Of a stretch of 64,000 bases of DNA, positions 38,852-50,086 are shown piece after piece; the first letter of the stretch is position 1, and each line of letters begins with the position of its first letter. Position numbers and translations under genes: made by a program. Under the pieces are notes generated by a model, which ran no database searches, was not told the origin of the DNA, and worked only from the letters and a program-made list of their open reading frames with translations. The stretch covers positions 558,001 to 622,000 of the forward strand of contig JBPGPT010000008.1 of NCBI GenBank assembly GCA_051047955.1, read 5' to 3'. Source of the stretch: Cystobasidiomycetes sp. EMM_F5. Taxonomy: Eukaryota.

Positions 38852-40476
38852 TCAAGTTGAGCATCGCTCCCACCGTCGACGCTCGTTGATGCTTGCAGAA
38901 GGAGCCACACTCCCTCCTCCTACGCCCAATTGTGCCATCTGCGCGTTTCTCAGCAGAGTAGACTGAAGCATCTGCTCGTTGAGACTTGCGCGAGAGAAGC
39001 ATTGTTGAGCGTCGTTACTCGGTCGCGGTGGCCCTATTCCAGCCAGAGACGGCGAGCTATACCACGAGTACTGCGACATCGAGTGTCTAAGGCGGTATTC
39101 GTCTTCATACGGCGTCATGGTATGTGCTTCTTGATGTAGAAGCGGGGTCGGCGAGCGATAATAGCGGGGATCAAACCATTGTCCACCACCCTGAGAATAG
39201 CTTAGCGCAGGTAGACGCGGTGGCATGTCCATGTACGACGTCGGGCAATGCACGAATGCCTCGGATAGATATCCGCTGTGGTATGGCGCTTCTGCCGCAA
39301 AGGCGGGCATTGGCGTTCCAACGCGAGACGTCGTGTATAGCGGGGCAAGCTGTCGCGTGACGACTGGAGTCGAATACAAGGGAACCATCGGCGGTGGGTT
39401 TGTGTGCTGAAGGACAAACGGCGGAGATGCTTCTGGTTCAAAGTACCGCTGATGTCCTTCCCCCTCATCGAAATGATCTGGTGCAAATCGCGCGCCATAT
39501 GCACTCGCAGACTGTTTCTCCGAGAGGAGAGACGATCTTCGGCTCGATACGCTGAGCCGTCTTAGAACACTCCGGCTGTCCGCCCATCCTTCATCCGATG
39601 GCAACAGGATGGGTCGTTCTTGTTTACGGGAGAAGCAGGGCATTCTCGCAAAACACTGCAGTACGGCAACGATACACACCAGCATTGCGAGTGCTGTAAT
39701 GACATAGACAGAGAGTCAGGATGGGATTGTGAAATGACAAATCGTGAATGCTGCTCACAAGCAATAATGGTTATAATAACAGCGACCGGAAACCACTTGT
39801 TATGGCTGTCGTACACTGCCCAGAAGCTTGAAGGGCTCGAAGCTGCTGCAGAGGTACTTGAAGCTGTGACTGTCGCTGTAGTCAAGGTTGATGATGATGC
39901 GTTGATTTGCGAAGAAGATCCCAGTCTTGTTCGGCTCGACTGTGATGCAGCGGTAACGCTAGTCGCAAAGCTGACGGAAGTCGTACTCACCAGGCCAGAG
40001 ACTATGGCAGTAGTGGAGGAGACGAGTGTAGATACGGAGACTGAGAGGCTCGTTGGAGACGAAGACGTAGCCGATGCGCTCGATAGCGTCGCCGCACTCG
40101 GCATGCTCGGCGCCATAGTAGAGTGAGCAGCCCTAACTCGTGTTGTCGGCATGACCGTCTGTAGGAACTGACTCGCCACTCCAGGCTGCTGTATATCGTA
40201 GTAATCACTTGCATCCAAGTTGCTCGCCGAAGGGTATGCGCCGGCGGAAACATAGCTGTTGGCAATGTCGAGATCGTCTTGTGCTCGAGCTAGGGCTTGT
40301 TGGGCGCTCGCTCGGTCTGAATAGTCTTCTTCGTCCGAATACTCCCTGTGCCGCCGCCGTTTCGTTGGCCTCTCTTCAGCAGTCTTCGGAGTTGATGTAT
40401 CGCACAATGCTAGCTTTGCGTGCAGCAGTGCAGCTCCGAGCAATGTGAGCTGGTATCTGCTGCCTTGTTTGTGCAT
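38852..40476 (-). CDS. Single-pass membrane protein with signal peptide, Ser/Thr-rich ectodomain and Pro/Tyr-rich cytoplasmic tail
   Basis: N-terminal LTLLGAALLHAKLALC, S/T-rich stretch, TM segment WFPVAVIITIIA|LAMLVCIVAVLQCF split by an intron (about 39693-39757). Confidence 0.7.
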
Positions 40477-41131
40477 CTTCTGCTTTATGTATAAACGGTT
40501 TTTGGGTATAAGTCACGAGACCAGCTCGTGGTGCTGACCAGCAGCAATGGAAGTACTGCTGCTTATGGACTTATTGTAGGGGGAAACGGTAACGTCAGTG
40601 CCATTCAGAAGTCAAGAAAGCAAAGAAGCGAGAGAGGACGAGTCTGCGAGCTCCACCCCGGTGGCTGGCACTTGTCATGCAGGATCGTCATGCCGCACCG
40701 ACAAGCCACTTGCAACGTTTGCATTGCCGGTGCTGCTAGTATCCGGATGGAGGCGGTCATGCATGGTGCTCATTTCGATCAAGATGGCGGGTCAGCGCTC
40801 ACAATCAACGCCAGCGCAGCCGTCGACGCATGTACAGGTTACGCGTCTTTGGATTATACGCGGTATGAAGCAGGAAAGATACCGCTTTGATTCGCTCTGT
40901 CGGTAAACAAAGTATACAGTAGTATGAGATGACAGCTAGGATCACAGACTGCTTCAGAAAATCGCTGCAAAGTCAAAATAAGTCGTCGGGGAAGTAGAGA
41001 GAGTATTGAGGTCACTGGCAGGAAACAGCAAGATATATCAAGGTTTCTGCTGTAATGAGCGAGTACTGCGATACGAGGATGAGGTGCATTTGAAGTGCTC
41101 GCACGCTTAGCGATATACGTACGAACGAGTC

Positions 41132-41670
41132 TCAGCGCGACGATGTCCTGGCTGCTCGTTCGGCATCTTCTTTGGCTTGTTTCGCAGCTGCTACTGATTG
41201 TGCCGCATTTGGGCGAGTTCGAAGGAGGTAATGTAAGACTGTCGCGCTTGTTCTAATGTCCACGCGGAGAGCTGCAAACATATTGAACAGCGAGTTCGAT
41301 GGCTGAGTGGGATGTAGAGCAACATTTAGACTGCGAGAGTCGATTTCTCCAAGAAACCCAGGCGATGCCGGGCGTGTCCCGGTTATGTACGTCAAAGGTG
41401 TTTGCGAGGCTGCTGTGCAAGCGAGTGACCTCGAGAACGAACTGATTGCTGACAGGCGTGACATGTTCTGCTGTAAAAAGGATACCAGGCATGTTTCTCT
41501 TGATCTGTATTCATCTGTCGGAAGAGCAATGGCTCTCTGGACAGTAAACTGCCCCGATGTCGTTAGCTTCAGCGGTGTATATGTCAAGGACGTGTGTCAG
41601 ATAGACTTCAGTCAGCCTGAATTCCTCATTTCCCGCATCTTCAATCTTGCTGCTTTTAGAGCTCTCCGCC
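41132..41670 (-). CDS. Hypothetical small protein (exon structure unresolved)
   Basis: ORF 41132..41587 with a plausible helical C-terminus, and an upstream ATG near 41670 with splice-like signals. No family recognised. Confidence 0.35.
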
Positions 41671-41744
41671 ATTTGCATTTGCCCTTGCCTTTCTGCTTCT
41701 GCCCAGCAATCCCACTCTACTCCCGTCAGCGGTCGTCAGCAGCC

Positions 41745-42201
41745 ATGGCTATTGCGTGAGTCTTCATTTCAGTTGTTGATCGTCGAGTAGTGCTGACTCC
41801 AAACTGTCGGCGTGCAGACCAATGTGAGTTTTATCCAAAGCAGTCAAGTTGACGCAGAGCAGGCAGCCGAGAGCCGCGAACCTGGCATACGGGACAGCAG
41901 CCTGGACGTCGAGGATACTATCGACACTCACGCTGACCTCACTCACGTCTCATCGCAGCACCGGCAAGTTCAGGAAGCGCCTCATCCTCGATCTGTCCGT
42001 CTCAATGGGACTCGGAGTCGCAGCAGGGTACGCCTGGTGGTACGGCTGGCACGTAAAGAAGAGTGCGTGAAAGTTATATTCCGCTGGGCAAGCCCTCGAA
42101 AACTCCCGCTGACTCGCTCGTGTGCGCCCGTTTACTCAGTCGAAATCCGTGATCAATGGTACCTCCAGCAGGAGCGGGAAAAGGCATCGCAGTCGTCGTA
42201 G
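41745..42201 (+). CDS. COX9: Cytochrome c oxidase subunit Cox9 (VIIa-like)
   Basis: Spliced MAIA|PI|TGKFRKRLILDLSVSMGLGVAAGYAWWYGWHVKK|IEIRDQWYLQQEREKASQSS*. Requires a 6-nt exon at 41818-41823. Confidence 0.88.
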
Positions 42202-42465
42202 TATGGCTCCGTACGATTCATGCTGTCATATAGCTCGAGTGAGGAGCGTGCAAGAGATGGCGTTTGACATCTGGGTCCCCGGGCAGCAAACAGTACTCTA
42301 GTGCGCAGACCAGACTATAACACGTTCGGAATCTAAAAGTGCTCCACTGGAAGGCCAGAAACTGTTCCTACTGACCAGCTGACTGCCTCAACTACTGACG
42401 TCCTCGCCTTTACACTTAGTCGATGACCATCACACATGATGAGAGGACTACTAGCTCGGACATGC

Positions 42466-43132
42466 TCAGTGATCACTATCTTTGCAGATTTTGAGAACGG
42501 ATTTCGGGTCTATCGAAGGCTGCAGATGGTTGTAGACGGTCTGTACAATGACTTGATGGTCTTCCTCCTGAGTAAGTCCAGTCACTGTAATCACTGCCAC
42601 GATCCCAACGACGTCCTTGATTCGGACTGGAAATCCGCCGCCTGGATGAGATGGATCAGCATCGGACATGTGTGGAGCTTGGCGTATCGTTAGAGCGTAA
42701 CTTACCGTGTATGGCGTACTTGGCCGCATTCTCCGCCCCCCATCCGAGCATGAATCTACGCGCAAAAGCTTCCTCGTCTCCACCATATTTACGGTTGGCA
42801 GCCCATGTAGATGTTCCCCATCGAATGACTGTGTTTCTTTTGCGAACAACCCATTGCTCATTGTCGAGGCCAAAATGAACCGGCCTTTCGTTGTACCCGC
42901 TCGAAGCGATTCTCCGAAAGACAGACGTTGGTCCGTTCACGAGCGATATGTCGACGAGCGCAGAGACTGGCTTGCCCAATCCTTCTATGGCCTTTGTAAT
43001 GTTGTCGCCGATTTCCTGGATCTCCTTGACGCCAAACTTGTCGAAGAGTAGCCGTTCCTCCAAGGCAAGTACCTCTGACAGCTCACTCAACGGCGCATGG
43101 AGCACGTATCCTTGTCGAGATTGATTGGACAT
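42466..43132 (-). CDS. UPF0303 / heme-degrading (GlcG/HbpS-like) domain protein, YBR137W-like
   Basis: DNEQWVVRKRNTVIRWGTSTW, YAIH|GGGFPVRIKDV.GIVAVITVTGLTQEEDHQVIV. Confidence 0.85.
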
Positions 43133-43398
43133 AATGCACAAGCTGAGCTTTAGTTGAGGCTGAAGAGCCCAGAGTCTGCCCGATCCCTTACAGGTGTATA
43201 GCACCGGGAACGGAAGGCGGGCTAGGGTTTCGCTATGCACAGCTATCCTACTGATTACTGATACTGACTTCCTCCCGTCTTGGTCTAACCCGAGGTATTC
43301 TGCTGAGCTCGCTCCATCAAAGTAAACTATGACGTACGCGAAGCCAGTACTATGCTTCTCCAGAACAGCTGCCGGTGGACGAGGCAAGCTCTACTCCT

Positions 43399-44112
43399 AT
43401 GCCTATGCCAGCTATACCTCTCGTTGATCCAGATGCCGCTCTCTTCTTGGACGGAGGCTCTAAGCGGCCATCACACGTAAACAGAAGATCAAGACCCTTA
43501 CTTACGGAGTCATCAGTCTCTGAGGGGAAATTGCGTATCCAGAAGCTTCAGGAAAACGTCGATGTCAACTTTCAGGCATGCTTGAGCATGCTTGAGACAT
43601 CCGTAATTACCGGGATTCTGAAAGTCTGACCATGACAGATTCCTCGCATGGGCAAAAGGCAGCTGTGGATGCAATCAAGTCGTCCGACGCAGTCAAGCTT
43701 CATACCAGGTCAAATCAGAAGTCAATGGTGTGATGCGGTACGCGTATTGGCCCAGTTTTCAAAGCGAGCTAGCATCTGATAATACAATCGGGCTTAGCTC
43801 AAGAAAGACGCCCGGGCCTCATAGTTCTTTGATATATGTGACGCAACCTGCATTGCTGTCAATTGTATGAACCGAGCATGGACCAACAAGGGCTGCAAGA
43901 GCAAGAAGCGCAAGGCAAAAGCAGAGAGTGAGGAAATGCAAGCCGACACAGATCAGAGAATTCGGAAACCACAAGTCCCCAACGCAGCCTCGAGGCAAGT
44001 TATCACTTTGATAATTCACTGCTCCTGCGATACTGGATGGCCCAGTTTGAGAAGCCGGCTGCCGGCGTGGCAGGGATGCAATGTTTACGCATGCGCTGGA
44101 ATGCTTATGTAG
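43399..44112 (+). CDS. Hypothetical protein (multi-exon; weak resemblance to Mediator Med22, not established)
   Basis: ORF 43375..43629 with helical LQENVDVNFQACLSMLETS, splice-like signals, and a downstream ORF 43867..44112. Could not be spliced unambiguously. Confidence 0.3.
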
Positions 44113-44256
44113 CAATGGCAGAGGTTACTTTCCCTTCTTTCTTGGTGTAAGCGCGACACTCGCACTGTCACTGCCGTGTTCTTCGCTGCAATCGATAATA
44201 TAGCAACAATCGGTCTCCTCTTCTACTGCGCCGCTAGTGGAACATCACTGTCGTAA

Positions 44257-46213
44257 TCAGATTCGCACGTCCGCCGCTGCAAACAGCTTGAATGTTCTTG
44301 ACCACTCGCCTGTTGCGAGGAACTTGCCATCTGTAGAATAATTTCATTTCAGCGCTTAATAATATGCGTACACGGCGTAGACTTACTCTGGCTAAGATCT
44401 AAGCTCATGACGCGTCCGCCCGCGTCGGAGTTGATACTCTTGACGAGTTGCCAGTCGTCGGCTGACCACAGTTTGACATTGCCGTCATACCCTGACGAAG
44501 CAAGGTACATGCCTGACAACGGGACAGGTGTTGTCGTACTACTTCGCGCGCCCCATTCTGCTGAAGGTGTGGAAGCTTCCATCGCTTCGTCGACGGCCAT
44601 TGCAGCTGCAATAGGGTCTGGTTTGCTTTCCTCCTCGCCATCCGCATCTTCCTTCTTGATGCCATTGATACCGTTTGTCTGAGGTACAGTTTTCGCAGGT
44701 GCGATGGTAGTAGGAAAGTTCTTTAGGCCCTCTTCAGCTTTGAAGAAGCGGACATCCGACACTGTACTCCTGTGCGCATGAATGGTGTATAGGCATTTTA
44801 TCATTCTCAGATCCCAGATCTTGACTGTGTCGTCGTTCGACCCGCTTGCTAGTTGATAGCCTGTACCAGGTGACCAGTCCAACGCGAGTATATCCCGAAT
44901 ATGCCCGTCGAGGACCATCACTGACCGGCCCGACCGAACATCCCAGACTCGACCTATCGCATCCAATCCACCTGAAGCGATCAGTGATCCTTCTTCGGGC
45001 TGGAAGGCCACAGTGTAGACTTCTTTGCTATGCCCTTCTTGTAATAACAGCTCCTTGCCGGCATTGACGTCCCACATTCGCCATGTTCCGTCATATGAAG
45101 CAGACGCTAAATACCTGCCAGAGGGGTGGAAAGACATTTTGCACACCCGATGATTGTGTCCGGAAAGTGTACCGATAGGTCTGGACGGCTTTTTTACGGC
45201 CGGATCTGCATCTAGTCTGGAAATATCAAAGATGGTATTCGCCTTCAAATGAGGTCTATGACTCGATGCATACAGAGGGTTCACTTACCCCGCTAGATTC
45301 CAGAGTTGTATGTTGAAATCGGCTCCACTGGTCGCGAGATTGAGGGCTTCTCTGCTTTGACCAACAGTAGCACGCGGATGCCACAAGACAGCTCCCAATC
45401 GTTCTCCATTATGCCCTTTCAGCTCTTCCAGCTGTCTGCAGCCCGGTACGTCCCATAACTTGGCTGTTCCACTCCAAGACGCTGTAGCTAGCATGCTAGA
45501 ATCCGGAGAGAACCGCACCGAGCATATTGGACGGTCGTCGGCAAATTGTGATCCGAGTGTAGTATATGTCTGCGAAACAATACAAGGCGTATGATGAGGG
45601 TCGAGTCAGGGCAGGACAGCGATTCGCGCTTTCCTACCTTTAATTCCGCAAACACGGCTTTCCGCGTGTCCATTATCCTCGCTAACGGCAAGTTTGCTTC
45701 TTTCCTCTGCCTTTCCACTCTCCGTTTCGCTCGGGGTAGAGAGTATGAAGCGATGTACCTCCTTGCTTGTTCGAGTGATGCTGTCCCTTCCGTGTAAAAC
45801 TCCTCTTCCTTTTCCTCCTCGGACGAGTCGTCATCATCGTCGTCACTGCTTCCCATCTCCCCATCCAGACCAGCTGCCGTACGCTGTTTGAATATAATTT
45901 GCCGTAATCGCTCTCTCCGGTCTTCACGCTTTTCTCCAAACAAACATATCGGCTCGCCCGCTTTCCGCAGCGCTCGCTTGACGTCGAGATCATTTGTCGG
46001 TAGAGCCAACTTTCGTGAGGCGGATTTGCGGTCTAGTTCAGCCAGCAGGCCAGCTGCTGAGGGGTCCTCGCCGATAGCATCATATGTCACGCCAGATGTC
46101 CCGACGAGGTCATCAAAGTCAATGCCCTGCGTTTGCGACGACGCACAGAGAGGAGCATATCATCAGCACAGGTCTGTAATTACTGTTCGGGTTTGAATGC
46201 GCACATCTGCCAT
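44257..46213 (-). CDS. PRP4: U4/U6 snRNP WD40 protein Prp4 (PRPF4)
   Basis: PRP4/SFM domain [52 protein letters not shown], and WD repeats ([48 protein letters not shown]). Confidence 0.94.
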
Positions 46214-46476
46214 TTTCTCTGACGCTAAGCACCAATTTCAATGCAGCTTTGACTAGCCGGGGAATATAAAGATGTCAGATTATCACTTGCAGACTGTCAG
46301 ATGTCAGAATAGACTGTTCAGCGTGGAGCTCAGGCGTTCAGTGTCAGTATAATGCCAACCTGCAGCCATGACACTTGATCGGATACAAGATATCCCTCTG
46401 CTCTTTCCCAACTCAACCAACTCTGCGGAAATCAGCGACTGCGACATCTCTGGCTGCCCTCAGCGTCGCCGTCAGC

Positions 46477-47818
46477 ATGGCCGACGAGCTTGGGCGGGAG
46501 TGGTCTGCGTCGCCAGGCAGGTCGCGCAGTCCAGGCGATTTATTGGGCGTTACGGCAATGATGGGAGGCAGCAGCAATAGCAATATCAGCAATAATATAA
46601 ACAGAACGTCAAGTCCCTCCCACGGCGGTACTGGGGTTGGTCCAGCTGGAGCGGCATCGTCGTCGTCCAATTCAAACACTGGCAGCGGATCAAAGCATCT
46701 GCTGCTATCGCCCAGTGCCGCTACTTCAACAGCGACATCCCCAGCCATGCTGTCGCTCGCTGCCGCTATCGCTGCTCCAGCCGGATTACCCGCGTCAGTC
46801 TCGCAAAACGCAGCCAATCCTACAGCCAATACGAATGGAAGCAATGGAAATGGCCAGTCTCCCGCAGGACCACAGACCGAGAATGAAAAGGTCTATTGGC
46901 TGATTGTCGAGCTCCTGTCCCCGACAACGAGAGAAGCTGCCCTTCTCGAACTCTCGAAAAAGCGAGAACAGTGGGATGATTTAGCCCTTGTCTTGTGGCA
47001 TTCGTTTGGTGTGTGCTCTCATCAACAGTACATTGGTACTATGGACTGACTCTGTCCTGCCCAGGCGTCATGTCGGCATTGCTACAGGAGATTGTGTCGG
47101 TGTATCCGCTGTTGGCTCCGGCTTCACTTACAGCCGCCGCAAGCAACAGGGTGTGCAATGCGCTCGCCCTGCTGCAGTGTGTTGCATCACACAACGACAC
47201 TCGCTCTCTGTTTCTGCAAGCGCATATCCCACTCTTCCTCTACCCATTCCTAAATACTACCTCCAAGACGCGGCCATTCGAGTATCTACGCTTGACTTCC
47301 CTCGGCGTCATCGGAGCGCTCGTCAAGCAAAATGACAACAGCGACGTCATCAACTTTCTCCTATCCACCGAGATTATTCCGCTGTGTCTGCGAATTATGG
47401 AAACGGGTTCAGAGCTCAGCAAGACTGTTGCCATTTTCATTGTGCAAAAGATCCTGCTCGACGAGATGGGACTGGCGTACATCTGTCAGACGTACGAACG
47501 CTTCTATGCTGTTGGTACGGTATTGTCCAACATGGTCACGCAGCTCGTAGAGACGCGTGCGGTCAGACTACTCAAACATGTAGTGAGATGCTACCTCCGC
47601 CTGTCGGATAATTTGAGAGCAAGAGAGGCACTCCGAGCATGCCTTCCAGAAGCTTTGCGGGATGGCAGCTTTGCGCAATTACTGAGTAAGCTTGACTGCA
47701 TGTTGGCATGGGTGATCTCGTCTTAACTGTGCTCTGTGCAGAGAACGATACTCCTACAAAACGAGCACTCGCATCGCTCCTCCTTGCATTGAGCGACAGA
47801 GTCGAGTCTTCTGCTTGA
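46477..47818 (+). CDS. CAF40: CCR4-NOT subunit Rcd1/Caf40 (CNOT9)
   Basis: [92 protein letters not shown]. Confidence 0.96.
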
Positions 47819-48129
47819 GCGCGTTGCCCATCTATATACCGACTGCGAAACATTGTAAGACAAAGACAAAAGCAAGCCAGATGAATGTTGTTGACATTAC
47901 CAGGTCGTTGTTGCGCATTATAATGTCAAAAGCAAGCGCTTACTACTGCGTCCTCGCAAATGTTTAGGCCTTTTGAGTGCTATGCCGGTCCTATTTTCAG
48001 CTGGATCAGGGCAGCCTGATAGGAGTTGAGCGGGTTTGACGATGTGCACCGCCCACTCGGCTGGGCGTTGATGTGTGAATGTTGTGAATCGTTGCTTTAA
48101 ATCTCCTTCTTTCCTTTCCTTTCCTCACA

Positions 48130-48936
48130 ATGTCAAACTACTACATCGACAGCGGACCCGGAACTGCGGGCTACGAAGCCGGGTGGACCAATATCGCTTT
48201 CCAGACGACGGCAGCCGAAGTGCGCAAGTGAGTGCCGTTGCGAGAGGATGCGCAGACTCTTTCGTATCTCATTGTCCACTTTACAGCGGATTCACCCAGG
48301 CTCTCGACACGGCAAATGCAGCAAGAGCGGAGATTGGATGGCCACCGTACCGCTGTCCAGTGCCCGTCCCTCCAAATACCCAAGTGGGATCGTGCGTAAT
48401 GATCACATTGTTGCATACTCTGTCCCCGCATTCTCGACTGAAATCTCCGTGTTTGGCTGCCCAGACCTCATCTTCACAATGCACATCCAGGTTCTCCGCT
48501 CAACCTGGATAGACGCAACCGCGGCTTAGGCCCTCCCGAACTTGGCGATACTCCGTGGGTACAGAGCAGTATCAGCAACAGCAGCAGCAGCACCAGTACT
48601 CAGAATCACTCGCAAGCAAATAACGACCACGCGTCGGTCCAAGACAATCATGTCCAACATCTTCATCAGCCCGCTGCCTTCCAGCCTCCTCCACCCGCTG
48701 CCTTTCAGCCAACATATCCGCGGCATGACCGGTATCCAGAGCCGCAGTACGGTTACGCGGCACCTCATCAGCCGGCACCTCATCAGCAGTATGCACAACC
48801 CCCGCAGTACCTTTACGCGGTTCCTCAACAGCAGCAGAGTCCTATTCAGCGTTTACGTAAGTCTACCCTCGCCTCGTCGCGGTACAACTCCCCGCCTGAC
48901 TCATACCTTGTCCTAGTTCATTTTTTCTGTTTTTGA
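48130..48936 (+). CDS. Orphan protein, copy 1: N-terminal domain with two N..R..xG.PP motifs, P/Q/Y-rich tail and hydrophobic Cys-containing C-terminus
   Basis: Hand-spliced MSNYYIDSG...EVRN|GFTQALDTANAARAEIGWPPY...QVGS|PHLHNAHPGSPLNLDRRNRGLGPPELG...YAQPPQYLYAVPQQQQ...HFFCF*. Frame supported by third-position substitutions versus copy 2. Confidence 0.65.
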
Positions 48937-49342
48937 AGCGTAGATGTAAGCGAGATTGAGCGATGCTTGCGTGTCCGGCGGTACATGGGGGAAGTGAGTA
49001 AATCTGTTGTAAGGGTTTATGTAGGGGAATCAGTATCAGCGGACGCGTTCTATCCTAGGTCTTTTGGTGTGAGTCATAGTCAATATTCGTAATCGATTTA
49101 TACTGTGGAATGTGTGCGCAATCTCATTTTGACCCAAGTGGCCAACAGCGTTGCCGTACCAGTGGTCGACGAATGCCGGGCTGATACGCAGTACTGGTAG
49201 CAAGCTTATCATATGCTGTGCACCACCCTTTGGGTTGCCGATATTGCCGTCCACTCCGAGATCATTTCACGAACAAACTGGAGGCCGCTCTTCTTGACTT
49301 CCTTTGCACTACTGCCTCCGAATTGAATTGCGCAATGTCTGG

Positions 49343-49734
49343 ATGGGTCATAAATCGGCGGCGGGGATGCGCACTTTGCAGCCGCTCACGTCAAGAAGTA
49401 GGTGAAAATGTCTGGAGCGTGAAATTGACAGTACCCATTCGCTGATGTGGGCGCGGTCATGTTATACCAGTGATTTTATCGCGGCTCTGGAAACGTCAAA
49501 CGCCGAAAGGGCTCGAATCGGATGGCCGCCTTACCCGCTATCATTTCCAATTCCTTATACTGTCCAAGCAGGAACGTACGCGATGACTCGTCGTCTGATT
49601 CGCATGCATCGATCGCGTCTGAATGACGGTGTCTCCATGGACGACAGCCCGGATTTGCACTTGTACATCCAGGATCTCCCTCAAACCTGGATAGACGTAT
49701 TCGCGGTTTGGGGCCTCCGGAGCTTGACCACTAG
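49343..49734 (+). pseudogene. Orphan protein, copy 2: short paralogue with a 1-nt frameshift in exon 3
   Basis: DFIAALETSNAERARIGWPPY matches copy 1, with the same two phase-2 introns. Exon 3 has 18 nt instead of 19 before the shared CATCCAGG, shifting HPGSPSNLDRRIRGLGPPELDH* out of frame. Confidence 0.55.
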
Positions 49735-50086
49735 GCATGGATCTGAGGAAGCATCAGCTACAGCACAGTCATGTACAAGTCCAGGCGGCGTCTTAGCGAC
49801 TCTCGATTCGACGCTTCTGCTCCTGCTCATGGGTGTGCTGAGAGACTTTGGGCTATACGAGAATAGTGGGATCAGTCGGACGGTTAGTGACCCGGTCATA
49901 AGTTGTTAAACTTCTTAGTAACTGATGTCAGCGTTGTGAGAGAGAGACTATCGTAATCTCCATATTTGGTTATAAGACCACCGACAAGTCTTTATGTCGT
50001 GCGATAATGCTCGACACACTTTATGCATTGAAGACAGGTCAAGACCGTCCTTGAGCTAGCTGAACTATTATAATAGGCTTTTCTGT

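Noticed and set aside
41824..41958. Second recursive or stwintron site in the 135-nt COX9 intron
   Set aside because: Internal AGs are not followed by a credible donor (only weak GCAGCC).
48527..48529. TAG aligned to TGG of the paralogue, suggesting a premature stop or A-to-I stop-codon editing
   Set aside because: Substitutions between the paralogues fall at codon position 2 of that frame, so it is the wrong frame. The true frame (DRRNRGLGPPEL) is open.
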